Assembly: GCA_943355005.1 (NCBI GenBank)
Contig: CALRDV010000002.1
Span: forward strand, 397 to 64,396
Direction: 5' to 3'
DNA from: Patescibacteria group bacterium
GTDB taxonomy: Bacteria; Patescibacteriota; Microgenomatia; UBA1400; MFAQ01
DNA: 64,000 nt
Part shown: positions 9,361 through 17,956 of the stretch, piece after piece
Numbering within the stretch: the first letter of the stretch is position 1
How the letters are laid out: each line of letters starts with the position of its first letter
Translations under genes and position numbers: made by a program
Notes under the pieces: model-generated
The model's input: the letters and a program-made list of their open reading frames with translations, nothing else
The model's database searches: none
Told to the model about the DNA's origin: nothing

Positions 9361-11061
9361 TCATTTAAAAATTTCCATATTTCTCTCACACAGCTCATAC
9401 CCCGGCCTCTGCACCAGGCACTCTTCAAACTTTTTCTTCGCCTCTTCCTTTTTTCCCGTCCAAGAATAATAAAGTCCCCAGTTATTTAGTAGCTCTGGAT
9501 ATTTCGGATATATTTCATCCGCTTTCTCCATAAATTTTTTGGCATTCTCCAAATCATTCTTCATCAGATATATCGCCGCCTTATTACTCTGCGCCATCAC
9601 ACTTCCTGTCGCCACCCCACCATCATGCAAAAACAGTCTCTCTTGAGACAACCAGTCCAAATTCCTGACAAATGTCCTCCCCGCCAACAAAAATAATATT
9701 GCAATAAATATCGGTGCAGAAGAATAGCCAAACAACCGCACGGACCATGTACATGAGAGCCGAAGGGGATCCCGCTTTTCAGCGGGACGAAACAGTAACG
9801 CGGGAGTACGGTTTTTGGCGGTCTTCGAACCGATTAACATTGCAATCATCACCACCCCCAAACTAGGCAAAAACCAAAGTCTCTCTCCAAATATAGTTCC
9901 AATCGGAAACAAAATATTCCCGGTAATCAATATCGGACCCCAAAACATCACCATCCCCACCATCGTCATTCCGAGCGACCTGCCCGCTGTGGCGGGAGTC
10001 GAGGAATCCCCCTCCACCCCATCAGTCATTCCGGGCTTGACCCGGAATCTATATAAATAAATACAACTTAATGCAATCATCACCAGCCCCACCACCACCC
10101 TCCAATCAGTCCAGCTCTCCACCAACTTAATTTGGTTATACGAATAGTCATAGCTAAGATTTATTGGAAAGAGAACTTTCCCGACTCCAAAAGGAATCAA
10201 AGCTATCCCGTTTATCATTCTTTTTTCCGCACTAACAAACTTAAGAGGATTCTCCACCATCGTCGCTCTTGTTTCCATTCCACCTCCACCCAGCACCAGT
10301 AGCCTCATCATCCCAAATCCCAACATTGCCATTATCACCAGTATCATCGCCGCTGTCTTTTCACTTGCGGAAGTTCCATTCGATGACTTGTCATTCCCGA
10401 CCTGATCGGGAATCCATCCGGAGACTCCACCACCTCTAATAAATATCAAATACATTAATATCACCACTCCCACCACCGCCGTCTCTTTCGACAGCATCGC
10501 CAAAAACAAAAATAACGCACTCACATCCCATCTATTCTTAAAGTTTTCCAGAATAGCCAAAAGCATAAATCCAAGTGAAAGCATCTCCGCCCTTCCCACG
10601 ATATTATTCACCACCTCGGTATGAATCGGCATCACCACAAACACCAACGCCCCCCAAAACGCCAACTTCTCTCGCCATTTGTCATTGCGAATCTCGTAGT
10701 CGAGCCCTGCCTGCCGGCAGGCAGGTGTGGCAATCCAGGAACCATCAAGAAACTTTCTCATCACCCCATACACCAGCCAACACACCCACGAATATAGCAG
10801 CACATTACCAAGCCGAAATCCCCAAGCCCCCTTACCGGTTATTAAAGAATTCAAATAGAAACTAAAGCTCGTCATCGGTCTATACAGAGATTTCTCCTGA
10901 TCCAAATAGTAGTACGGTCTCGTCCACACTTTTATCAAGCTTTCCACTCTTCCCATCCCCGGATCTCCCGCAATCACTTTTAGGTCGTCCTGCACAAATC
11001 CACCAAAAATACTCACAAAATACAAAGCAAACGCAGATAAGAAAATTACCCAACCCTTCAT
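9361..11061 (-). CDS. Multi-pass membrane GT-C-like glycosyltransferase with C-terminal TPR repeats (TMTC/PMT-like; DD motif in first loop). The ORF stays intact across five repeat-element insertions.
   Basis: N-terminal TM helices with FVQDDLKV motif, C-terminal TPR (AIYLMKNDLENAKKF...YYSWTGKKEEAKKKF); repeat-derived peptides LDYEIRNDK, WIPDQVGNDK, KPGMTDGVEGDSSTPATAGRSLGMT. Confidence 0.65.
   Translation of the reverse strand: MKGWVIFLSAFALYFVSIFGGFVQDDLKVIAGDPGMGRVESLIKVWTRPYYYLDQEKSLYRPMTSFSFYLNSLITGKGAWGFRLGNVLLYSWVCWLVYGVMRKFLDGSWIATPACRQAGLDYEIRNDKWREKLAFWGALVFVVMPIHTEVVNNIVGRAEMLSLGFMLLAILENFKNRWDVSALFLFLAMLSKETAVVGVVILMYLIFIRGGGVSGWIPDQVGNDKSSNGTSASEKTAAMILVIMAMLGFGMMRLLVLGGGGMETRATMVENPLKFVSAEKRMINGIALIPFGVGKVLFPINLSYDYSYNQIKLVESWTDWRVVVGLVMIALSCIYLYRFRVKPGMTDGVEGDSSTPATAGRSLGMTMVGMVMFWGPILITGNILFPIGTIFGERLWFLPSLGVVMIAMLIGSKTAKNRTPALLFRPAEKRDPLRLSCTWSVRLFGYSSAPIFIAILFLLAGRTFVRNLDWLSQERLFLHDGGVATGSVMAQSNKAAIYLMKNDLENAKKFMEKADEIYPKYPELLNNWGLYYSWTGKKEEAKKKFEECLVQRPGYELCERNMEIFK
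9713..9836. repeat. Copy A of an about 90-125 bp dispersed repeat (GGTGCAGAAGA.TAGCCAA....TTTTTGGCG.GGT.TTCGAACCGAT), in frame inside CDS 9361..11061.
   Basis: Aligns with 13960-14072 and, at the termini, with 49734-49822. Confidence 0.75.
9965..10009. repeat. Type-C element GTCATTCCGAGCGACCTGCCCGCTGTGGCGGGAGTCGAGGAATCC, in frame in a CDS.
   Basis: GTCATTCC...GGAATCC termini with internal palindrome. Confidence 0.8.
10025..10064. repeat. Type-A element plus TATATAAATAA extension, in frame in a CDS.
   Basis: GTCATTCCGGGCTTGACCCGGAATC followed by TATATAAATAA, as at 12944 and 15437. Confidence 0.8.
10390..10415. repeat. Type-A element GTCATTCCCGACCTGATCGGGAATCC, in frame in a CDS.
   Basis: Identical core to the copies at 12919, 15412 and 47065. 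Confidence 0.85.
10681..10739. repeat. Type-B element with a nested 20-bp perfect palindrome (CCTGCCTGCCGGCAGGCAGG), in frame in a CDS.
   Basis: Equals the 2513 copy plus an internal palindromic insertion. Confidence 0.8.
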
Positions 11062-11189
11062 CTCTTAATTGTAATCTGAAACAATCTACTTAAGGTTTCT
11101 GTTTCCTCGTCGCCATCCTCACCTGCTCTCCAAACTCGTTACTTTACTCTTATGCAACATACCCCAATGTAACATGAATTACATATTTG

Positions 11190-11639
11190 CTACTTAAAAA
11201 TTATTTTTTCAATTCCATTACCAAAAAGTTTGTCAACCGCCTCAATCCCCTCTGCTCTTATTCTACTTTCGGCTGTTTCAGTACCAAACTTAACCTCTTT
11301 AATTGCTAATTGAAATGCATCTGTATACACACTCATTAATCGCCTAAATTCATCTTCACCATATAATGCTTTTTTTTGCTTACCCCACTCTTGATCTACA
11401 ACACACGTTTCAGCATCGGTGAAATCTCCTTTAAAAAGCAATTCAGAGGCCTTATTAGCCTTATCAACTATTTGTTTACGAGTTTCGTCTTGCGGAAAAG
11501 AATCTGGGTGCATTATTCCAATACCTGCAAAAAACGCCTCTCTCACATCTCTTTTGCTACTAAAGTCGGGTGACGCAACAATTTCATCTTGAATCTGTTC
11601 CGCAATCCCTTTATTTTCTACAACTGCATCTAAAGCCAT
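11190..11639 (-). CDS. Hypothetical protein, 149 aa.
   Basis: ORF; shares an identical about 30-bp upstream leader with the next gene. Confidence 0.5.
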   Translation of the reverse strand: MALDAVVENKGIAEQIQDEIVASPDFSSKRDVREAFFAGIGIMHPDSFPQDETRKQIVDKANKASELLFKGDFTDAETCVVDQEWGKQKKALYGEDEFRRLMSVYTDAFQLAIKEVKFGTETAESRIRAEGIEAVDKLFGNGIEKIIFK

Positions 11640-11668
11640 ACAAAAATTCTACAACAAATTACATCAAT
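11640..11668 (-). promoter_or_regulatory. Duplicated leader/promoter (revcomp GATGTAATTTGTTGTAGAATTTTTGT immediately before ATG); TAGAAT -10-like motif 6-7 nt from the start codon.
   Basis: Near-identical copy at 11912-11940 in front of gene 11681..11911. Confidence 0.5.
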
Positions 11669-11680
11669 AAACAATTTTAT

Positions 11681-11911
11681 TTATCTTCTACCTTCCGGAC
11701 TGAATCCAGGTATAGCCTCAACACTGACACTTTTACCTTCTCTTCTAAGTTGTGCATCAACGCCTATTTGATTTTCTCTATCTAGCGCCCGTCTTTCTCG
11801 CACAGCAGCAGCATCTTCCCTTAATTTTTTCTCCCAAGGGCTTAAATCATTTAACGACGCCATTCTTTCTGCATATTCCTTACGCAATTGAATAGGTCCT
11901 TTTACAGTCAT
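11681..11911 (-). CDS. Small hypothetical protein, 76 aa, Arg/Glu-rich.
   Basis: ORF preceded by the duplicated leader. Confidence 0.45.
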   Translation of the reverse strand: MTVKGPIQLRKEYAERMASLNDLSPWEKKLREDAAAVRERRALDRENQIGVDAQLRREGKSVSVEAIPGFSPEGRR

Positions 11912-11940
11912 ACAAAAATTCTACAACAAATTACATCACT
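11912..11940 (-). promoter_or_regulatory. Second copy of the duplicated leader/promoter.
   Basis: Identical 28-30 nt to 11640-11668. Confidence 0.5.
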
Positions 11941-11969
11941 TACCTAATCAGATATCTGTCATCTGAGAC

Positions 11970-12923
11970 CTACCTCACCATCTCCCTCGCCACATTTATT
12001 TCCGGGAATGCTTTTTCAAACCACTTGAATTGTGCAGTTCTATTCACTTCAAAGATTCTCCACTGCTTAGCCTCTTCATCCCAAGCCACATCCAGCCCTG
12101 CAAAATCAGCCTTAAGAACTTTCGTTGCCTCGACACTTAGTCTTTGCAATTCTGCCATCTGCTCTTTACTAAACTTCGGTTTAATTTTCGATAGCTCTTC
12201 CTGCTGAGATAGCACTTGGAACTTATCTTTTTGTCTGTGTTTCATCATCCCCAATATCTCTCCATTTAGCACCAACACTCTATACCATCTTCGTACTTTC
12301 AAAACAGGCTGAATCAAGACGTCTCCCTCACTATATTTCTGAGAAAGTTTTACCAGGCGGGTCAGTGATTCTGCTAGTTTCACATTTTTTCCATGAGATC
12401 CAAATCTCGCCTTGACCATTACCGGCACAAATTCTCCTTTCCGTTTAGATAGTATTTCCAAATATCTTTTCCATCCTCTAGCCCCACGGAAAGATACAAA
12501 CGGAATTACCGGTAGTCCCGCTTCAGCCAGCAATATTCCTTGTTCAAGTTTCCCCATAAGTGGAAACATCTTAAAGCTTTCCCCATTGATCACAGAAATA
12601 TCTCTCTCTGAATTTTTCGTTTGCTCCAAGAACTCCAAAATCACCGACTTCACCCCTAGCATACTTTCCCCACCTCTTTTAGTCGCGGCTCTCGGGATAA
12701 TCAAATCATATTCACTCAGTTTTTTTCCGGTTCCCAAATCTACAATTGGCTTACCCATCTTGCTTACACCAATTCGCACATGTTCATAGTTCACCTTATC
12801 CACGGAATATCCCAAATTACTCGCCTCTTCGGCTAATCTCTTGGGTTCATACTCCCCTCTAAATCTAGTCAATATTAATATCTTTTTCATTACTTTTCTT
12901 GATGTCGTCTTAATATCTGTCAT
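11970..12923 (-). CDS. ATP-grasp ligase, RimK/alpha-L-glutamate-ligase-like. The true start may be the internal ATG at 12890 (MKKILIL); the extreme N-terminus of the track ORF overlaps a repeat element.
   Basis: ATP-grasp signature regions (…EFVPVMVKARFGSHGKNV…, …FAGLDVAWDEE…WRIFEVN); about 300 aa. Confidence 0.7.
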   Translation of the reverse strand: MTDIKTTSRKVMKKILILTRFRGEYEPKRLAEEASNLGYSVDKVNYEHVRIGVSKMGKPIVDLGTGKKLSEYDLIIPRAATKRGGESMLGVKSVILEFLEQTKNSERDISVINGESFKMFPLMGKLEQGILLAEAGLPVIPFVSFRGARGWKRYLEILSKRKGEFVPVMVKARFGSHGKNVKLAESLTRLVKLSQKYSEGDVLIQPVLKVRRWYRVLVLNGEILGMMKHRQKDKFQVLSQQEELSKIKPKFSKEQMAELQRLSVEATKVLKADFAGLDVAWDEEAKQWRIFEVNRTAQFKWFEKAFPEINVAREMVR

Positions 12924-12958
12924 TCCCGACCTGATCGGGAATCTATATAAATAATTCC
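12919..12958. repeat. Type-A element plus TATATAAATAATTC extension.
   Basis: GTCATTCCCGACCTGATCGGGAATC TATATAAATAATTC. Confidence 0.85.
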
Positions 12959-12974
12959 TTAATTTGATTTTTAA

Positions 12975-13000
12975 TTTTTTGGCGCGGTTCGAACCGATAA
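12975..13000. repeat. Partial copy (3' terminus) of the long repeat: TTTTTTGGCGCGGTTCGAACCGATAA.
   Basis: 25/25 identity to 14047-14071. Confidence 0.7.
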
Positions 13001-13013
13001 AATATTTTGAATA

Positions 13014-13922
13014 TCATTTTGAAAATTTCTTCACACAATACTCAAGTATTAATCTCGCTGCATTGGTTTTAGTCCTCTTCTCAAACACTTTAAATTGCGG
13101 CGCCTCATTCACTTCAATTATGTAAACTTTTCCGGTTTTGGAGTCTCTCACCAAATCTGTTCCCGCCACTTCTACCCCCAGCACTTGAGCCGCTCTCTCT
13201 GCCGTCTCCACCACATCGCTTGGCAGTTCCACCACCATCGATTTACCCTGACTGCGATTCAAGATTAGCTTCTCTTCTTTTACTTGTCTCTTAAAACCTC
13301 CAATGCATTTATAGCCCACTGTCATCAACCTAAAGTCTCCATCATTTCGAATATATTCCTGAATCAAAAATCCCCTAAAAATTGGCATTTTCTTATTTTC
13401 TGCTTTTGCCTTTTCTTTTCTGTTTTCCAATACATGTTTTAGTTTTTCCAGATCACTCAGTTCTCTCACCCAAAAAGTGCCCATGCCATGCCTTCCCCCG
13501 GCCGAAAGTTTAACAATCGCTGGAAGTTCCCAATTTTTAAGTTCCCTTTCCAGATCCTTAAAGGTTTCTACGTAAGCAGATTTAGGATAAAGCACCCCGG
13601 CATCCAGCAGTTGCCAAGTCATCACAGATTTAAATCGTCTCAAGGGTCCTTCGGTTTTCAAATATTCATCTACCGCCGGGATATTATGTTTACGTGCATA
13701 AAGTTGCAGTAGTTTGCTCCATTCCAGTTCAGATCCCACAGACCGGAAGTACCAGCCATCGAAATCTCTCATATCGGTTTCTCCAAACATAATTCTGTCA
13801 CCTACCACCCGAAGTTTTCTGTACTTTACAGGCACCAGTTCAATCCCCAAATCCACCGCCTCCTCCTGGAATCTTTTTTCACTTTCATCAAACGTCAATC
13901 TATGTAGGTATGCTATTTTCAT
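13014..13922 (-). CDS. ATP-grasp ligase, RimK-like (second paralog).
   Basis: ATP-grasp motifs (…AIVKLSAGGRHGMG…, …VAGTDLVRD…YIIEVN); 302 aa. Confidence 0.7.
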   Translation of the reverse strand: MKIAYLHRLTFDESEKRFQEEAVDLGIELVPVKYRKLRVVGDRIMFGETDMRDFDGWYFRSVGSELEWSKLLQLYARKHNIPAVDEYLKTEGPLRRFKSVMTWQLLDAGVLYPKSAYVETFKDLERELKNWELPAIVKLSAGGRHGMGTFWVRELSDLEKLKHVLENRKEKAKAENKKMPIFRGFLIQEYIRNDGDFRLMTVGYKCIGGFKRQVKEEKLILNRSQGKSMVVELPSDVVETAERAAQVLGVEVAGTDLVRDSKTGKVYIIEVNEAPQFKVFEKRTKTNAARLILEYCVKKFSK

Positions 13923-13959
13923 CTCAGTTAATTAAATCATTATTAAAACATCTTTGAAG

Positions 13960-14072
13960 GTGCAGAAGACTAGCCAACAAACCGCACGGAAGCTGTACAT
14001 AGGAGCCGAAGGGAATCCCACTATTGCGGGACGAGATAGTTACGAGTGAGTACGGTTTTTGGCGCGGTTCGA
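13960..14072. repeat. Copy B of the long dispersed repeat (intergenic).
   Basis: Collinear with 9713-9836, with the same termini. Confidence 0.75.
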
Positions 14073-14095
14073 ACCGATAAGAAGTTTTCATATTT

Positions 14096-15400
14096 TTATT
14101 TTCTAATCTTTACGAGCCCTGGATCCACCACAAACTCTCTCAGGTCACGGCGCCCAATTAATAATTGTCTTCTCAAGTTTTTACGGTCAGTCACATTAGC
14201 TCTGGTTTTGATTATTCTCCCCTTAAGTTTTATTGTTAAGGCGATCAAAGATCTTTCTTCTATCCCCAAAGAATTTTTTACTTTCTTAGTCCACAGAATA
14301 TTGTCCGCAGTTAACAAACCCAGCTCTTTAGCCATCTGTGCATCAATAGAAGTACTCTTTGCCCCCGTATCAATTTTGGCCCGAATTTCTATCATCTTTT
14401 TTTTGCCATTTCTTACACTTACATTCTCAAATATCCCAATTACCGGCTTCTCTTCTCCTGTAAATTTTACCCGGCTGGCAAACTTACTAGCAAACAAAGC
14501 CTTTCCAATCTTCACACCTTTGATGGCATCATCCACTTCAAGCCCCTCAACTCTCTCCAATCTTCTCCTGAGTCCTGTCATATTAGCGAGTTGGATAGAG
14601 AGTCCAGGCTGGTCATTCAATTCCAGCACCACCGGTCCTTTTTCCTCATCAATCAGCATATCCACCGAAAGATAATTAAGCTTCGAAATCATTTGAGTTT
14701 CCACTGCCATTCTCAAAATCTGATTCCAGTAAGGTACCGAAATTCCATTCACTTTTATATTAGTGTCCGGGAAAAGTTTTACTGAAGTATTTTTGTAAAC
14801 CCCATGAGTAGTAATTCCTGTAGCCATATCAATTCCCAAGCCAATAGCCCCTTGATGAAGGTTGGCTTTTCCATTGCTTTCATCGGTCGGCAGCCTTAGC
14901 ATCGCCATCACCGGGATTTTGTTATAGACAATCACTCGAACATCGGGAGCACCTCCCACCGCGAGCTTCTTAAACTTCGGATGAATCTTAATCCTCTCCT
15001 CTATCATCGCCTTATCCGGCAGATTATTATGAGAGAATTTTCCCTCGGCAATATCCTGAGAATGTAATGTTAAATCATCGGCAGTGAGATATTTACCATC
15101 GACAGTCAGGAACAATCCCTTTTCTTTTGCGGGCTTTTTTATAAGAAGAATACCTTGACCACCAAATCCCTGAACCGGCTTGATAGCAAAACCATCTGTC
15201 AACTTAGTCCAATTAAAAGCTCTTGCTTCGTTAACATTATGAATAATTCCCAATAACCTAGGATGCCCAACATTAGCTTTCTTGAGCATTTTCTTAGTCA
15301 AAAGCTTATCATCGGCCTTTTGACGAGCATTCTTCTTATTAAAAGAAAGATAATCTGCCGATCTGGCGTTTAGTCCTAATATGTCATTAAATCTTGGCAT
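14096..15400 (-). CDS. Alpha-L-glutamate-ligase-like ATP-grasp domain fused to a C-terminal retropepsin-like putative ATP-dependent Zn-protease domain (PF05618-like, RAKIDTGAKSTSID).
   Basis: N-terminal ATP-grasp (…FAIKPVQGFGGQGILLI…, LELNDQPG); C-terminal about 140 aa with a DTGA aspartyl-protease-like motif; 434 aa. Confidence 0.65.
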   Translation of the reverse strand: MPRFNDILGLNARSADYLSFNKKNARQKADDKLLTKKMLKKANVGHPRLLGIIHNVNEARAFNWTKLTDGFAIKPVQGFGGQGILLIKKPAKEKGLFLTVDGKYLTADDLTLHSQDIAEGKFSHNNLPDKAMIEERIKIHPKFKKLAVGGAPDVRVIVYNKIPVMAMLRLPTDESNGKANLHQGAIGLGIDMATGITTHGVYKNTSVKLFPDTNIKVNGISVPYWNQILRMAVETQMISKLNYLSVDMLIDEEKGPVVLELNDQPGLSIQLANMTGLRRRLERVEGLEVDDAIKGVKIGKALFASKFASRVKFTGEEKPVIGIFENVSVRNGKKKMIEIRAKIDTGAKSTSIDAQMAKELGLLTADNILWTKKVKNSLGIEERSLIALTIKLKGRIIKTRANVTDRKNLRRQLLIGRRDLREFVVDPGLVKIRK

Positions 15401-15411
15401 TATTTTTCATT

Positions 15412-15450
15412 GTCATTCCCGACCTGATCGGGAATCTATACAAATAATTC
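15412..15450. repeat. Type-A element plus TATACAAATAATTC extension.
   Basis: GTCATTCCCGACCTGATCGGGAATC TATACAAATAATTC. Confidence 0.85.
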
Positions 15451-15451
15451 A

Positions 15452-16318
15452 TTATTTATTCAATAATTTCCGGAATCTCCAAATTTCTGATAATCTCAAA
15501 CCTTTGTATTTTCCAATCAAAATATCTACCACCAGTATCAAAATTACGGAAATTTCCGGCTGTAACAATACTTGTGTCTGTATCCAAGGAGAACTTATTA
15601 GTTTGTAAGCAATAAAAGCCAAAACTACAGTTTCAAGCGTCATGGAGACAGAAGTAGCCAAACTTCTGGTAATCTGTGCTTCGACAAAAGTTTCAGCCAA
15701 AAGTACAAAGATCATAATTGGGAAAATACCGACAGTCATCAATTTATCGAGTCCTATCATTGGCGACATGATTAAAAGTGCCAAAACAGCAATGGAAATC
15801 AGCCAAATCAAAACCGCCAGTTTAGGTAAATATGGAATCTTTATCTTCTTAATAGCCATACGTCCAAACACTGCTGCCAAAAGAATAAAAGATAGCAAAA
15901 CTAGTCCCACTACTCCACCGGTAGAAACAAAGGCCACCGAAAGTAAAGCTGGCACAATCATTCCAAAGCCACTCACACCTACCACCTGCCTCGAAAATGC
16001 CACCAAGGCTGCGACCAAAGGAAACAGGAATAAAAGCACCAAAGTGTTAGGAGAAACCCCGTCAGCCACAGCTTTTCTAATGGCGAGCTTCAAGGTGTTA
16101 CTCACCCACCAGCCGGTAACCTTTTGAGTCTTCATCAGTTTAACCAATCTATCTCCCTCTTCTTTAGGTACGGTTAAATCAATATCTGAAGGTGTTGGAG
16201 TGGCCGAAACCAAAGCTGTTGGGGAGATTACAGGCACGACAGTTTTTTCCACAGCAAAAGTTCCGAAAGGAAGAGCTAAAAACAGGAGTATTGCCAGAAA
16301 CATCGCTACTTTTTTCAT
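15452..16318 (-). CDS. Signal-peptide plus about 7-TM membrane protein. Possible partner of the ATP-grasp/Zn-protease system.
   Basis: N-terminal signal sequence, multiple hydrophobic helices; immediately upstream of and co-oriented with the ATP-grasp genes. Confidence 0.5.
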   Translation of the reverse strand: MKKVAMFLAILLFLALPFGTFAVEKTVVPVISPTALVSATPTPSDIDLTVPKEEGDRLVKLMKTQKVTGWWVSNTLKLAIRKAVADGVSPNTLVLLFLFPLVAALVAFSRQVVGVSGFGMIVPALLSVAFVSTGGVVGLVLLSFILLAAVFGRMAIKKIKIPYLPKLAVLIWLISIAVLALLIMSPMIGLDKLMTVGIFPIMIFVLLAETFVEAQITRSLATSVSMTLETVVLAFIAYKLISSPWIQTQVLLQPEISVILILVVDILIGKYKGLRLSEIWRFRKLLNK

Positions 16319-16393
16319 GTCCCATATTTTACCTCAGAATACCCTCCACCGCCACTCGTCAAGACGGCCAAAACATTCTATAGTCATATTAGG

Positions 16394-16987
16394 ATGAAAA
16401 AATCAATTTTCACCATAATTTTTGCCCTAGTTACGATTCCGGTGATTTTTATCATCGCAATCACTCTCACACACCTAAACTCCAAAGCTTTTCAAGTAGT
16501 AATTGAGCCTATTCCCCTCAAACCCACAGTTTTTGTTGAACCCACTCCAAATCCGACAATCTTTGTAAGAGAAACTCCCCAACCAACCAAAGATTTAACA
16601 ACAATCTCTCCCATACTCCCCACCACCTCCCCCGTTTCGAATATGTCGAACATCATCAGTGTCTCACCGACTCCGACTTCTACTACCAACTCCGCCCCGA
16701 CAGTTACCACAGACTCTCTCCCACCTGCAACTCTAGGAAGTTCGTATTACACCACCATCAAAGCTTCAGACAATAATCTTTCTGATACTTTAGAAATGTC
16801 TATTTCAGGTCTACCGTTTGGACTCGTCCAAGGACCATGCAGCACACCTCTTAGTGGCGGCGAAATTATTTGTACTATCACAGGAGTTCCTTTTGACTCA
16901 GGAATCTACACTATTCAACTTAAAGTTTCAGATGGTCACATCAGTAAAGTATCCAAAAATATTACTCTAATGATTAAGTCAAACTAA
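16394..16987 (+). CDS. Membrane-anchored surface protein with Pro/Thr-rich linker and C-terminal He_PIG-like (putative Ig) domain.
   Basis: N-terminal TM anchor; PT-rich low-complexity region; C-terminal YTTIKASDNN...GEIICTITGVP...IQLKVSDGH. Confidence 0.6.
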   Translation: MKKSIFTIIFALVTIPVIFIIAITLTHLNSKAFQVVIEPIPLKPTVFVEPTPNPTIFVRETPQPTKDLTTISPILPTTSPVSNMSNIISVSPTPTSTTNSAPTVTTDSLPPATLGSSYYTTIKASDNNLSDTLEMSISGLPFGLVQGPCSTPLSGGEIICTITGVPFDSGIYTIQLKVSDGHISKVSKNITLMIKSN

Positions 16988-17012
16988 ATCCCGCCTTTCG
17001 GCGGGATTTATT
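16986..17012 (+). terminator. Rho-independent terminator (AAATCCCGCCTTTCGGCGGGATTTATTC).
   Basis: GC hairpin with TTTCG loop then T-rich tract. Confidence 0.6.
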
Positions 17013-17032
17013 CTTACTAACTCTCGTTTCTA

Positions 17033-17845
17033 TTATTGTGCTTGAGAGAACATATCGTCATGCATCTCCCAGAACTTACCTTGCTCTCCTGCACACAAAG
17101 CGGCTTCAGCAGCTTTTTGAGCACTGGCATGGAAGGATAAAGGGAAACTCTTGTACTCCAAGCTAATCTTTCCGGCATACTTCTGCATTATGGCAGTCAT
17201 GGTCGGAAACGCTCTTTCACAGAAAGGACATTCAAAATCTGTAAACTCTACTACTTTGATTTTGGCATTCTTTTCACCAGATACATATCCTGGTGTCAAA
17301 TTTAACTTAACTCTTTTTCCTGCTTCACCTAAAGCAAGTGCAGCCTTGTCCCCACTACCATCTTTTAATTCGGCATCAATTACTGCTTCAAAAGAAGATT
17401 GAGGTTGCGCACCTACCAGCATTACACCATTAATGAAGAAGGATGGAGTTCCGGAAACTCCCAAATCAGCACCCTCTTTTTGTTCTACAGATACTCTGGC
17501 TGCTGTAGTGCCACCATCCAGACACTGGTCAAATTTATTTCCATCCAAGCCGAATTTCCTTGCACGCACTTTCAAACTGGCTACATCAAGCTTTCTCTCT
17601 GGAGCAGCGTTGGGATTGGCTGCGACCGGAGCAGGAGCTGTAGTACCTTGAGCTTTTTTCAATCCTTCGACTTGCGCCGACAATCTACCTATATAGAATG
17701 ATGCCACGATAAGCAGCACTATCATCATCGGAGTGTAGTATGCAGTCAGATTTTTACTACCCATTTTTGTAACTTCAGCCATCATAGTTTCGGGCATGGC
17801 CATCTGTGCCCTTGTTTTTATTTTTTTAACGGATTTTTTTACCAT
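17033..17845 (-). CDS. DsbA-like thiol:disulfide oxidoreductase (thioredoxin fold, CPFC active site) with N-terminal membrane anchor. The track ORF extends to 17944.
   Basis: FTDFECPFCERAF motif; TM helix near the N-terminus. Confidence 0.7.
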   Translation of the reverse strand: MVKKSVKKIKTRAQMAMPETMMAEVTKMGSKNLTAYYTPMMIVLLIVASFYIGRLSAQVEGLKKAQGTTAPAPVAANPNAAPERKLDVASLKVRARKFGLDGNKFDQCLDGGTTAARVSVEQKEGADLGVSGTPSFFINGVMLVGAQPQSSFEAVIDAELKDGSGDKAALALGEAGKRVKLNLTPGYVSGEKNAKIKVVEFTDFECPFCERAFPTMTAIMQKYAGKISLEYKSFPLSFHASAQKAAEAALCAGEQGKFWEMHDDMFSQAQ

Positions 17846-17956
17846 AGAGAAATGATACCAGACTATTCTTAAAATAAAAGTTTTTTCATAGACCAAACTA
17901 TTCATTGAGCTCAACACCTTGACATGTATTAAAATTAATATCATACTGAAATCACA

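Noticed and set aside
12975-14072. GGCGCGGTTCGAACCGAT segments resembling a tRNA T-arm (GGTTCGAAYCC).
   Set aside because: No complementary T-stem, acceptor stem or anticodon arm can be drawn on either strand. The motif is part of the long dispersed repeat, not a tRNA gene.
14046-16127. Long antisense ORFs (14046..14675, 15642..16127). Similar ones occur elsewhere: 43214..43678, 52496..53003, 32462..32999, 20424..20830.
   Set aside because: They overlap well-supported genes on the opposite strand and have low-complexity composition and no RBS. These are typical shadow ORFs.
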